A stretch of DNA of 64,000 nucleotides from Botryllus schlosseri (lineage: Eukaryota): NCBI GenBank assembly GCA_051294905.1, contig CM119372.1:39744001-39808000 (forward strand), written 5' to 3'. The translations under genes and the position numbers were made by a program. The notes beneath the pieces were generated by a model that was not told where the DNA came from, did not search any database, and saw only the letters and a list, made by a program, of their open reading frames with translations. Every line of letters begins with the position of its first letter. Within the stretch, counting starts at the first letter, position 1. Shown here piece by piece: positions 36,524-48,873 of this stretch.

Positions 36524-39500
36524 ATGTTTCTCAAGAACTGGACTATTTTGATGTTTGGATTCGTCAACTACTCGTGTTTATCAGGTACGAGGAATTCGTA
36601 TTCAAATTTGGTTAGTTATGAATTTGTCATTTTTAGCACAAATTTGCAAGAAAAGATATGTGAACGGCAAATGGATCTCAAATGGTGATTGTGGGGTTAG
36701 TATATATCTAGTTTACATCACTAAAAAGCCTTCCATTCAGTTTAGCCTGCGTTTCTTGTAGGGTAGGCAAAGCATGTCAGAGGTAATGACGGAACTTCAA
36801 CTAAGAGCAGACTATAAAAAGAAATGGACTGTGAGTAGCATCTATATCTGCCAAAGATTGAGCGTGGAAACGTCAAGAACAAACTAGCTTTAAGATGTAC
36901 AAAAAATCGCCGAAAGGTTTCAACTATTTCAATTGGATTTCGAGAAGAGATTTCAGATTTTCAGATTTTAGATTTCTGAGTCTTTGAATGTTTGCTAAAT
37001 TCCGTTGTAGGTGTTCCAGCGGAGAGTGAACGGAGACGTTGATTTCTACCGAAGTTGGGATGAATACGTGAAAGGATTCGGGAATCGTGAAGGAGATTTC
37101 TGGCTTGGTAGGTAAGTTTTGTGTTGTGTTTAATATAGTTGTAGGATTTCGTCAGCGATGGTCAAATTTGTTATCGTTGGTACTCAAGTAGAAGTAGTAG
37201 TTACGCTGTAACTTTATCCTCGACCACAAGTAACAGTAGAAATTTCCAAGTAAGTACAAAAAGTCCGCGTTCTAAGCATAGTTTTGCCTGAAAACTAAAA
37301 ACTACTCGGTGCAAGTACTCTAAGATCATAAGCAGTTGAGGATGTAGTACGAGTAGGTGAAAACTACTTGGAGTACTTGAGAAAGTAGTACTTCGTTGGA
37401 CTCTGGATTTCGACGGTGTTAACTTGGTTGGTATCTGAGTAATTAAGCTCGTACTTTAATGAGTAGCATTTTTGCTTGATACACGTTTTATGACTCAAGT
37501 CGTTTGTCTCCAGGGCTCGAGGAATTGCATGAACGGACAAAAGATTTAAACATGGAATTGGAAGTCAACATGATCGAGAGGGATTCGGGAAGTCATTTGA
37601 TAGCTAAATACAGGCAAACTTTATTTCCTTGCATCATATCATTATTACACATATTAGTGGAATAACTTAGCGGGCATAACTAATTGAAGTACCCTGTGGT
37701 CAGGAACGACTGGATTAGAGTGCGGGGCTGCGAATGTATTGCGTCTTTACTTTTAAAATACATTGAGGACATTAGAATAACAGACGTCACGCGTTTGTAT
37801 AATTAGACCTGGGCACAATGATTCAATTACTCGCATCTCAATGGAGTATTCATTCTAATGAGTCGATTGGAGTATAGTGAGAGATGATTCTTTCACGATT
37901 CTTACCATTAATTTATTAACTATCGTATTGGAGCCTACTATAACATAAGTTCAGTCTAGTTATCGTAGGCCCCGATATAGTATTGTTCCATGCGGAAGGC
38001 TCTGAATCTCGGTAGGCTGTATCGCATCATATGTCACATATGGTACAGAGCGACGCACATTACTAAATAACATATCTGTTAAGCCGCGATCAACCCACAG
38101 TAGGGTTGTGCTTAAAAGAAAAAATCAATTTAAAACAAACATGTTTAAAACAAGGCTCTTGCTTAAAACATTCCGTACCAAATATCTATATCTGCGTACT
38201 ATAGCTGTTCAGCCGACTATTTCGAGGGTTCCAACTTCCAACCATCCCATATCGTATATGTCGACTATATCGTCCGTACGCTCATACAACATGTTTCTGG
38301 AAAGTATTTACATAGTATATAATGGCATATTTATACGATAAAAATTGTACAAAATAAAATAATTTTTACAGGCCTTTGTTTAAAGCAGACCTGGGCAAAG
38401 TGCGGCCCGCGAAGCTATTCTGTGCGGCCCGCGTCAGGTTGCTTGGAATTCAAAACATAAAACTTGCTTTTTGAATGACTAAAACCGTGCTGTATCAAAC
38501 GAACAGGAAATTCGTTTCCTTTGAAGCTTTCTAATTAATATGCCACGATATACACTGCCTATGCACCTCGCATGCATTGTCTAAATTCAAAATAAAGGCA
38601 ATGTGGCAAAGTATGAGTAGCAATTGAAGTCACGAGAAATCACTCTTTCCGTATAGTTTGGTTCAAACCTTCTTTGTTGCCATTGTCACTGTGACAACAA
38701 CACATTACGCATTATACGGCATGTGTTTCAAATTGATGCGTTTCCAAATCCCCAATTCGTAGAACAAGTCAATCAGTGCTCGCGATTACTACACGACTCA
38801 TCATATCTATCACCTATGAATTATATTAATAGGCATGCCCCAAAAAAGGCGAAAAAGTTCTAGGTTTACACTAGAGCACTAAATATTTTATACTTGATTC
38901 AGGGGTAAACTCGTCCTTTTAGTTTTTTCCGATCATGTCGCCGAGATTAAGGGTATTAATTAAAGTCGATTTTATGACGAAAGCACGAAACACGTGGTCA
39001 AGGGAAGGTAGCGAACATGAAAACGAGCTTCGTACTATTCCATGTACATTTCAGTGCAGTGGTTAAGAACAGGGGGCGTTAAAGCATCAGAAGGGTGGCG
39101 CAAAGTAGCGTTGGGACCCCGGAAATCCCGATCCCGGGATCCCGGGATTTGAAGCAATCCCGATCCCGGGATTAATCGCAATGAAATCCCGGGATTCGCA
39201 AACAACCTCTACCAAGGCTTACGTAGTGCAATATCTCTTATTTTGGAAAATAAAGCAGTGTTACAAACTCGGCTGATTGTCTAACTAAAACAATTCCAAA
39301 TTATGTGACATTGACACCAACTATGGCATAGCAATGAACAGCACAATCATTACCGTCATAGTCTACGGATCGTAGACGGTGCTGCGGAGGTCGGGATAAT
39401 AGCAAATTTCGAAGATGTCAGTGCGAAAAAAAAATCAGATGTGGGGCAAAACTTTTTGTCTTGCAAATTCACAGAAAAAGCCAAATGCAACTTGTGTCAA

Positions 39501-41827
39501 GACGTTTGAAAGCTTCAGGGTCTAGCACAGCTGTTCCCAACGTGGGCGATACCTCCACACAGTGGCGATTTTTAGAAACAAGGGGGCAATTAGAGGGCGA
39601 AAATGTTACGACGTTCAGTGAGATATATATAATCATCACGGCCAGAAAATGCACGCGAAGATGGCTTATTCTGCACACGACTAAAAGGGTCAACTTAACG
39701 GCGGAACCGGTTTTTCGAGCACCTACTCGGAAAAAATACCTTTTTATCTACTCAATTCTTTGGCGATCAAAGTTAGGTGAATAAATGTCCCGTTTATATG
39801 TCCTCTTCTTCAGATCCGTAAATATGGGGCGATAGGGGATGGGTGGTGAAAATTTGTGTCGAGCTTGATAAGGGGACGATTAGTCGAAAAAGGTTGGGAA
39901 CCACTGGTATAGCACAAAGGGACTGGTAACGCATTTGAGGTCCGTACACATGATAGTAATTAAATCATCCATGACTCAATCGGGCACGTCAAAGAAAGAT
40001 CAGTCAAAAATGAAGACGAGGAAGATCGATTCCTTTTATAAATCGCATAATCCTCGGTCCGGTGAACTTCCTAGTCAGCTAACTGCTGGGGACGGGCTAG
40101 GATTTAAACAAATTTTTCCAAAGTGAGCGAATTTGTCGGGCCTTCAAGGCTGACGTCTATGACTTGCCAAGATGTCACAAACGGGTTCGGGACTTCGTGA
40201 TCGAGCACAGCAAAAAAATCTCCAAGTGTGTGGAAGAAGAGCTTATGGTAATGTGACCGAATAATGGATGTTTTTCGATCACGTTGGACAAATCAACTCC
40301 TACACGAAACAGGCGGTACATGAATTTAAACGCTCATTGTCCGGGTGGCTTTCGATCGCTGGGTTTCATTCGTATTCACGGGAGCATGTTTTGGTGTCAA
40401 TATTATGAGGAATATATGTTGTTTGTGTAGCTTGTATGTCCATTCTGATACTTTGCCAATCCCGGGAAATCCCGGGATTGAGGAGCGAAAATCCCGGGAA
40501 ATCCCGATCCCGGGATTTAAAATTTGATCCCGAAGTCCCAACCCTAGCGCAAAGCTGAAGTTGCCCGAAAATTTTTTTCGCACTACGCGCGATTCATTTC
40601 CAGCGTCTCGTTTATGCTCTGCGTATTGCCCAACTTTTATATTTCATGATTCTCGCATCAACAGCCAGAACCTTCCATGCCATCAAACTATCCGTTGAGA
40701 TTGCTGGCATTCTGGTTACAGTTTTTAAAATTTTGTAATATCATGATAAGGCGGGCGGGAAATTTTTCACTATCATATAGGAAGGCGTGCCGAAAAAAGC
40801 TTGAGAACCACTGTTTTAAAGTCTTACTAGCAGAACGTTGATAGGGGTTTTAAGAGAGTCAAATATGTATCATGTTTAACATTGTTTCTAATTATGACTG
40901 CAAACGGCAATTTCTCATTACCTATCAACACACTCACTGAGCAGCATTTACTGACAATGCAATTTAGAAATAAAATTGAGATACGCCAGAGAATATTTGG
41001 CCCGCCAACGTATTTTTACTTCTCATTTGGCCCGCGGAGGAAAATAATTGCCCACCCCTGGTTTAAAGCAATGTTTTAATACATGTGTTTAACAATTATC
41101 GAAGCAGAATACTCGATTCCGTATCAAATCATTCAGGTACTAAATTTTGCCCAGCTCTAAATTTTATTACGGAAGGGTATGGGTAGGAATTGGAAATGTC
41201 CAATATCCATGCGTCTGTTAGTTTAAAGTACGCCAAAGTGCGAAGGAACTGTTGAGATTCTGTCATTCGAATATTTGATAACGCTAGCTAGGCTGTTTGC
41301 CAGATGGATTGTAATATATTTTGTTTGGAAATATCACTAACGGTAATTTAAAACGATCTTAACTACAGACTTTGTAAGCCCGGCTCCTGTGATTTTCCAG
41401 CTTATGCTGATGACACCACATTCCAATCATGATAACGCTGCTCTAGATTTCTGATCTGAAACTCGACTGGCAACACAATCGATTTCATTCAACGTTCTCG
41501 ACAATTTTCATCTACAGCAATTTCCGAATCGGACCCGGGTCCGACAACTACACACTGGCCTTATCCGGATTCTCCGGTAATACAACCCAGGATTATCTGA
41601 CGTGGAACAACGGCCGACAGTTCTCAACGAAACACGCCGATCACGATCATTGGCCTGAGAATTGCGCTTCTCACCACGAAGGAGGTTGGTGGTATGACAG
41701 GTGCGGCCACAGCAATCTGAACGGAAACTTCAACAAAACTGGATGGGAGGGAATGTGGTTGTATAACGGTACCTCAGACCACAGACTAGTGCGCTACTCA
41801 GAGATGAAGTTTCGCAGAAGATTATGA
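36524..41827 (+). CDS. Secreted fibrinogen-related domain protein, copy 2, 6 exons, 231 aa
   Basis: Exons 36524-36584, 36637-36695, 36762-36830, 37011-37107, 37514-37613, 41518-41827 (696 nt). Exons 1-5 have the same sizes and phases as copy 1, and intron 5 again has a GC donor. Motifs [30 protein letters not shown] and [21 protein letters not shown] at 41876-41881. Confidence 0.92.
39106..40546 (+). mobile_element. hAT family E deletion derivative with BED-finger/N-terminal transposase remnant
   Basis: TAGCGTTGGGAC / GTCCCAACCCTA with ATCCCGGGAT arrays. Perfect TSD GCGCAAAG. Reads [26 protein letters not shown] (BED) and [22 protein letters not shown]. Confidence 0.9.
39528..39906. mobile_element. 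hAT MITE inserted in the BED-finger coding remnant
   Basis: CAGCTGTTCCCAAC / GTTGGGAACCACTG. TSD GTCTAGCA/GTATAGCA. Confidence 0.85.
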
Positions 41828-42309
41828 AAACAAGCACAGATGACGGTCAAAACATATCCGATGCATGAAAACTCAAATAAATAGAGTTTTGTAATGAACT
41901 GTGACTCCCGTCCAAACTGATTTGTTGACCATCCTCATTAGTATTCGATTGATATTGGAATAAAACCGAATATCGTCTGTTAACACTCGTCAGGAGTAAT
42001 CGTCAGCAACTAGTAGAGAATTGCAAAGAACATGCTGCTTGGTATTATATCAACAATCGTATCACAAGATAAGACGTCGCCGGCATGAATTTTATAGAAT
42101 TTTCTGTCCATGCTGCCATTTAGGGTGCCTTGGAGTGACTGCAGACATGACAAGTAGGAGTGACTTTCGAGTATGGCTTCACAGCAGTAATATCAAGATC
42201 AAGATGGCAGCAGCGCATTTATCATTCTATTGAAGTTAGCAATATTCATCAGGAAACGCGTAGGCTAATAACGCCCCCACATACGTAACTAAATCTTAAA
42301 TACGATTAC

Positions 42310-42491
42310 CATTCAATGTTTGTGGTATTCATGGTGTTTGTCGACTACTGTGGTCATTTATACCAGGCCGATATTCTTTATTTTTTCCGTAACTGCCGAC
42401 TTATAGCAAGGCCCACTTTTAGGCTTATGTAAACACCACTTGCGCGGATGAGGTGGCGAGGAGAAGTCTATAGATAAACCTCCAACACTTA
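42310..42491 (-). mobile_element. SINE body interrupted by the Harbinger element (continues 47102-47118)
   Basis: Reverse complement matches the SINE at ~8045-8230 across the TTA junction. Confidence 0.8.
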
Positions 42492-42749
42492 TGCCCGTAT
42501 TACGAAACGAATGTAACACTCGAATTAAGGATAATTTGCGGAGTTATCCTCTGTTTCGTATTAAAATAGTGTTTTTGTAAGACGGGCATTACTTGCGGTC
42601 ACACATCGCCGACTCTCGTAATACCGAGCGGAACCTGAGCCGCGATGGTATTATGAAATCAATTTCTGCGCTTTGTGAGACCCAGATACTGTTAAAATGC
42701 AAGTCTCCGAAATCGGGGAATAATCTATCATTGTCCGGGTTCCCGATAG

Positions 42750-44310
42750 ATGCATTGGACGACTGCTGACGATAACATGGACTTTTTGGAGTTTATGAGG
42801 TTTTGTGAGGAGGAATATGATGGCGAAGCTGTTGAAAGAGTGCCAAAACGTCGACTGGTGGATTTGCAGAACCCGATGGAAAGGAACACAGATGCGGAAT
42901 TTAGACAACGGTATCGCTTTACAAAACAAGGTCTTCATGACTTCATTGCAGTCATTCAGAATGACTTCAGGCATTCTAGAAAAGGTGTTGCTCTACCAAT
43001 ACTGCATAAGATGCTCATATTCCTACGCTTCACAAGCAGTGGGTCATTCCAATTGCTTTCTGCTGATTTGGAAGGTATTTCGCAGCCGACTGTATCTAAT
43101 GTGATCAAAGAGGTAATGAATTGACCGTGATTGATTGTTTGTTCTTTTGCAAATCCAGTACTTTTTTTACAGGTTTCGGCCGTCATAGTTGGTAATATAG
43201 GGACTTTCGTACGATGGCCACAAATGAACTTGCACAGTGTAAAGGAAGAATTTTACTCTATTGCATCATTTCCAGATGTAATAGGTGCAATTGATTGCAC
43301 TCATGTTCGCATCCAGAGCCCAGGTGGTGAAAATGCAGAACGGTTCAGGAACCGAAAAGGTTACTTTTCCATAAACTGCCAGGTGAATATCATAACCGTA
43401 GTTTATAATGATGTATATCGGCAACACCTGCACTAAAATAATTATAATTCGTATAGGGTATGATAGGAACATTCGTTACCTCTACCGCAACCTTAACCCA
43501 ATCATAAATGCCATAAATTTTGACATATTCATGGGGAACACTGCCTAGTGATAGTCAATTGGTCATGCTGTTGCTGATAAGTAATTACACTGACCCCCCC
43601 ATATTATGTTGCTGCCTTGATGAGAATGCAAATATTCCTAGCTAACAAAACATGAAGTTACACCATACAATTTGGTTTGGGTGTTTGTTGTGATTTAAAA
43701 ATAACTATTTAATGAATTTTTTTTTGTCCACTGATGCAAGTGATATATAGAATAGTAATTCACAATACTAATACATACATTCATGTTTCAGGCTGTATGT
43801 GATGCAAGACTCGTCTTTACGAACATTCATGCAAAATGGTACGGTTCGACACATGATGCAAGGATATTCCATAATTCTGCATTATATGGTTATCTGGAAA
43901 GCCAGTCGACCTCAAATGGACTGTTGCTTGGCGACCAAGGCTACCCATTGACTACTTATCTAATGACACCGTTACGCAATCCTTTGCGTGAGCCTGAGCT
44001 GTGTTACAACAGAAGCCACAAAAAGACCAGATTGACAATCGAACGCGCGTTTGGTGTTTTGAAGCGAGTATTTTCCTGCCTGAAAACAGGCATGAGGTTA
44101 AAAGTCGACACAACTTTGAACGTGATTCCAGCCTGCGTCTGCATGTACAACTTTCTCAGGCAACGTGGCATGATCGAGGCATCACTTGATGAATTTACAG
44201 ATGATGGAATGGATCCTAGTGATTCTACACCACAAGGCCAGCGTACAGACTACGCACAAGCTTCTGCGATCCGTCAGCAGCTGATAAGATTGCACTTTTC
44301 ATCTGCGTAG
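42750..44310 (+). CDS. PIF/Harbinger DDE transposase (HARBI1-like, DDE_Tnp_4), 3 exons, ~363 aa
   Basis: Exons 42750-43112, 43173-43382, 43792-44310 with phase-0 GT-AG introns. Motifs FRQRYRF, HTH LRFTSSGSFQ..GISQPTVS, GAIDCTH (D), NRKGYFSINCQ, GSTHDARI, LLGDQGY (D), IERAFGVLK (E). No stops. The start could alternatively be ATG 42777. Confidence 0.93.
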
Positions 44311-45396
44311 AACCGAATGTGATGTGGTGCAGTTGCAAATGATAAGATAACTGTATAGTTTTTGAATAGATGTTTCCTAAAAAACAATTTCCATTGTCCA
44401 ATCTCCCTGACATAAGCAAAAATAACCCTTCAAATTGGATTAATCTTGGAAATTTTATTCCGTTACCATGATACAATGGCTATTTGACATGGTTCTTATC
44501 TTACTACTGAAATACATATTGACAAGTTACTACTAGTAAATATACCTTGTCACAATTATACAGATTGTTTGCTATTGCTGATTTAAATGGTACCTGCAGT
44601 GGAATGAATAATACTAGATGTCTGAAGCACTCTTTTATTGAGCAGCAGCCCAGCACAAAGAAACTTTATTGAGTGGCAGAACAAAGAAACATATAAGCAA
44701 GCACAGTATAATCAGCATGACATTGGTAATGAGTAGGGCAATATATCCAACATGTCAATATTGTCACGTTGAGCCAAAATAATGTCGAAATTTTTTGCAA
44801 CCTGCATTCGTTTCACCTGAGGTCTCGGTGAACTTATTGACATTTTACAGCTTGTGTAGCCCCTACCGTTTTAGACGGCCTATTGTGAATCATAAACGCC
44901 AAATGCAACAAATTTTAGGTTGATGTGGTGTTACACTCAACATACTGCAGTATCTTAAGTGAAGCAGAAGCAGCCGTTTTTAGGTAAAAAAATCGCTCTA
45001 GTAATGAGACATTTTAGCATTAGCAAAGTAGAACCACAGTACAAAAATATATTAGGCAATTAGCCCTTTGCAGCACAGTATTGGAATACAAACGTATTAT
45101 CGCTCTGGAATCGAACGTGTCTAATTTTCTTCGGTCATATCTTGACCATGTTCATGTTAGAAACAACGTGACACACACAAATAGACATGGTCATGGCCAT
45201 GATGTTATCAAAAGAGAATAAAAATCTTACAAAAATGGCCAATAGCTACTTTGATTCCACAGCGGCGATATGGATCCAATTCTATTGCAATAAAGAAAAT
45301 ATATTAAATCACAAAAGAACAGTGCTGGCTAAAACGAAATAATGAAGCTGTTAGGAACGAGCATTACGACTCTTCAAAAATATCTATTAATCACGT

Positions 45397-46484
45397 CTAC
45401 TTTTTGATGGAACGCTGTTCAAGTTCCATTTCTGCCAATTTCAGCTTTTTGTTTAGGAGCTCTATCTGTTTTTTTAGTTTGATTGCTTGCAATCTGTACA
45501 GCTCATTCCGGGATTCAGACTCCTGAGCAAGTTTCCTCTTTCCAGAACAGGTTACCAGTTAATATATTTCTGTTGTGTAAAATAGGTTATCAAATTCGTA
45601 TGGACTACGCAGAGGTGTAAGAAGCATTTATAAGTTTGAATTTATACATGCAGTTGGCGTATTCTCAAAGCCTTAATGCAGGAGAACGGCGTGACCTGCA
45701 TGTTTGTGTTCAAACGTATACAGGCCTATTTCTGCTTGTAGCTCTGGATTGCACTTACGAAATAGTACAATAATTGTGTTATGAGAACGCATAATACCCA
45801 ACATTGAGACAACTTTTACAAACCTTGCTCTGTACTTCCAACGATCCCACCAGATTGTGGAAGAGTTGCGCTTTCAGTGTCCAATTGAGAGTCTGGGATT
45901 ATGGGATTGAAGTGCGCTGGCTCCATTGCGAGCAGCTGGAAATACAATTGCAATAATCAAAATGAGAATCAATTTTCTTCAGTGAGAAACAACAACATAA
46001 GCAAACCAAATGAATTGTTTATCAATTCCCTGCGTGTGGATCACAAAATTCATGCAGCAATAATATATTCCGATTTCAATTCAAGATTGAGATATGTTTC
46101 AATGTTCACTGATGCCAATGTACACCGAAGAGTGGCAAAAGAAGTAGGCCTACAAACCTGCTGCGAAATTGGAGTTAATTCTTTATCCTTGAAGGATCCA
46201 CCACCGGTCTTCACATTTTCTTTGCGGATAAATGTCATTTCTTTTCCCGCCTTTGCCTTCAGGTTCTTATATAGAGCTCTTAGCTTCATCCAATTGTCAA
46301 TTTGCCGTGTATGGCTGTCCATATTAAACTCAACTTGAATCTTTGTCCAGGCCAACTCCTTGGAATTGTTTGTAAATTTATTTGTTGATTTGTCCTTTAA
46401 TATAGGCCACTTTTCCACCAAATTCAGCAAAAACTCTTTTTCGTACTCTGAATAGTTTGTCCTCTTTTCAACACTTGAATCCAT
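45397..46484 (-). CDS. Myb/SANT-like DNA-binding protein of the Harbinger element (possibly disabled in last exon)
   Basis: Exon 46484-46158 reads RTNYSEYEKEFLLNLV..KELAWTKIQVEFN..LRALYKNLKAKAGK..KTGGG, typical of Myb_DNA-bind_5/MSANTD. Exon 45935-45824. Probable last exon 45569-45397 encodes a coiled coil (ELYRLQAIKLKKQIELLNKKLKLAEMELEQ) but has an in-frame TAA at 45561-45559. The model after exon 2 is uncertain. Confidence 0.8.
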
Positions 46485-48873
46485 ATTTATAATCTTGTGG
46501 CTATGAACTAGAGAACTAAGAAAAATAGCTTATCGTTAAAAAGTAATAGCTTCACCACAGCAAGGTTTACACCGCCGTCAGTTTTGTAACAATATAGCAG
46601 ATGCAGTACCGTAACTCAAAATTTATTGCAAGATAACGATTTATTGATCGTTAGATATCGTATGCTTCCTTTAGTAAACCTGAACTTTTCCTTAGGTACA
46701 CGAATACATACTGCGAAACAGCCTTGAAATATTCCAAAATTCCCAAATTTGGCACCCCACTGTACTTACGGGTAACCATCGAAATGGAATGTATTACCTG
46801 AGTTATCTATAGTGACATGCTCCTTTTGTTGTTCTATAAGATGAGCCAGGTATGACCGATCATTGATGCTGAAAATCACCGTGAAAACACGAACCGCTCG
46901 CGTAACGATAAATTCATGTACCGGTATCGCAAATATGACCAAGATATATGACGCGAATACGCGAATTACATGTAATGCGAGTATTGAGTAGGCGACGAAT
47001 TACATTTTTTTCGTAATATCAACCGGAGTTTACTGTAGGCCGAGTTTCTATCCGAGTATTACGCAATTCTCGAATTAATCCTTGTTTTCGTAATACGGCC
47101 ATTAGGTATAGGAATTCTGTTGGAGGTTACAAGTTACAGTTACAAGTTTCCGTTCCCACTCTACTTGTGATTACTTTCACGAATAAAAATCACATCTTGA
47201 ACTTGAATGACACAGTTGTCTGTGGACTTTGTGATTGATTTTATTGCAAATAGTTACATACATCATAAAAATCCCATATAGTATCACGGAGTCTGTAAAC
47301 ATGCAATATATGCTAGTTGTATTGAGAGGGATGGAGGTCTGGAGGAGGAGCCCCGCAGAAGCTGCGTTTATAGATATATGGGGCCCTTGAAAGTTGCGCC
47401 CAGGACCCCTAATCCTAGGGCCACCACTGGTCATACTCATGTTAAATTGACTACTGGGAACTTGACACCGCGGAGAGCCCTTGTGGTGATCTGTGCAATC
47501 ACTGATTTCTTGAGATATACCTTTCGTATAAACTTTAAAATTGTAGCAGCAGAACACCCTGATGGCTTACTATCTCTTCAACAAAAACGCGAGAATAAAT
47601 GTGAGGAAAAGATAACTAGGGGAGAGGTGGTACCGATGGATCAAAAATTGGAAAATGATCGCTGGCCCCAAAATGTTCAGCCGAAAACAGCAGATCTTTT
47701 GCTGGCTCAGCACTTTGATACAAGCACTACCTATCGCGCACATATACATGAATATCCGTCTTTTCGAAAAATATTTATGGACGTTTAAAATTTGTTGCTC
47801 GAACGTGTCATCGGTCCCCACCCGGTGGGTCCAATGGCACACGACCCGGGGACCTACGACACATATACCCTAAAAAACTCAGATGTGACAACTTTTCTTG
47901 CTCAGTATTATAATCTGAGCTACAGCAAGCCAAAGAAGAATTTTCGGTCGCAACCGTCAAAAAATAGATTAAATATTAACTCAATGGTTGTCATAAAATA
48001 ACGTTTCGATTTGGGCTCGGACTTATAAATTTGAGGGTACATACATATTCCCCGAAAATCGACGGTGTGACTTCCAAATACCTCGTTATAGCGATAAAAC
48101 ATCATATGCAATTATTACATAAAGATTTTCTGTACGTAGTCATGTTTCATTTGTTTCATGATTAGTATGCTTGCTTATTTTGTTTGATTTGACTATTGTA
48201 TCATCGGTCCCCACCCTACTAATTTTGTACATGAATCGAAAAAAATTCCACTCAAGGAAAGTACTGAAAAAAATAATAGGTTCCATTATATAGCCTGATA
48301 CAAGCTCTAGACTTCACAATAAAAATGATTGCTGGTTTGTTCGTGTTGAAGGTTACAAAGAAAAATGTATATGTCGATCTAAATTTAGTTTACACCCCCC
48401 AAAACAAAAAACATCTGTGAGAGACCCCATTGTTCGCGTACGTCGAATTTATTTGTAGTGAGGAAAGATGTTGCCAGCATGCAATTGTAGACAAGTTCAG
48501 GGAATGTAATCATAGAATTATCATAGAGAATTTTCAAAGTATTTTCGGTCCCAGTGATCCATTGGTACCACATCTCGTCTACATTGCCTTTTTGGTCGCG
48601 CAGTGAGTGAAAAATTGATATATCTGTGAAATTAATTTTGTCGATGATAATGGGTGTTTCATACGTTACTGTCAAATATTTCTCCATTCTTAGCCCACGT
48701 GATCAGATTAACCGATAGAACTGAAAGAAGGGTGTCTTCGAAATTTCAGTCACAAAATTAAAAACGCCTATTCGCAAGACTCACACGATTCCGACTTGGC
48801 ATTTCCTAATTTCTTTCTATATATATATATATATTATCATCTATATATAATATATCTATATCTATGTATAATC

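Larger units (their letters stand above)
38386..41060. mobile_element. hAT element in FReD2 intron 5 hosting three nested levels
   Basis: CAGACCTGGGCAA / TTGCCCACCCCTG. Perfect TSD GTTTAAAG. Confidence 0.88.
42492..47101. mobile_element. Full-length PIF/Harbinger DNA transposon (4610 bp)
   Basis: TIRs TGCCCGTATTACGAAA / TTTCGTAATACGGCCA (1 mismatch in 16). TTA TSD at 42489-42491 and 47102-47104. Two convergent genes. Removing the element rejoins a SINE sequence. Confidence 0.95.

Noticed and set aside
42750..44310. Domesticated host HARBI1/NAIF1 genes
   Set aside because: Intact TIRs, TSD and insertion into a SINE indicate a transposon, so no gene symbol was assigned.
47378..48815. ORFs of 100-136 aa and a possible additional DNA transposon
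   Set aside because: No recognisable domain; the ORFs overlap repeat fragments. Candidate inverted ends were too weak to define boundaries.
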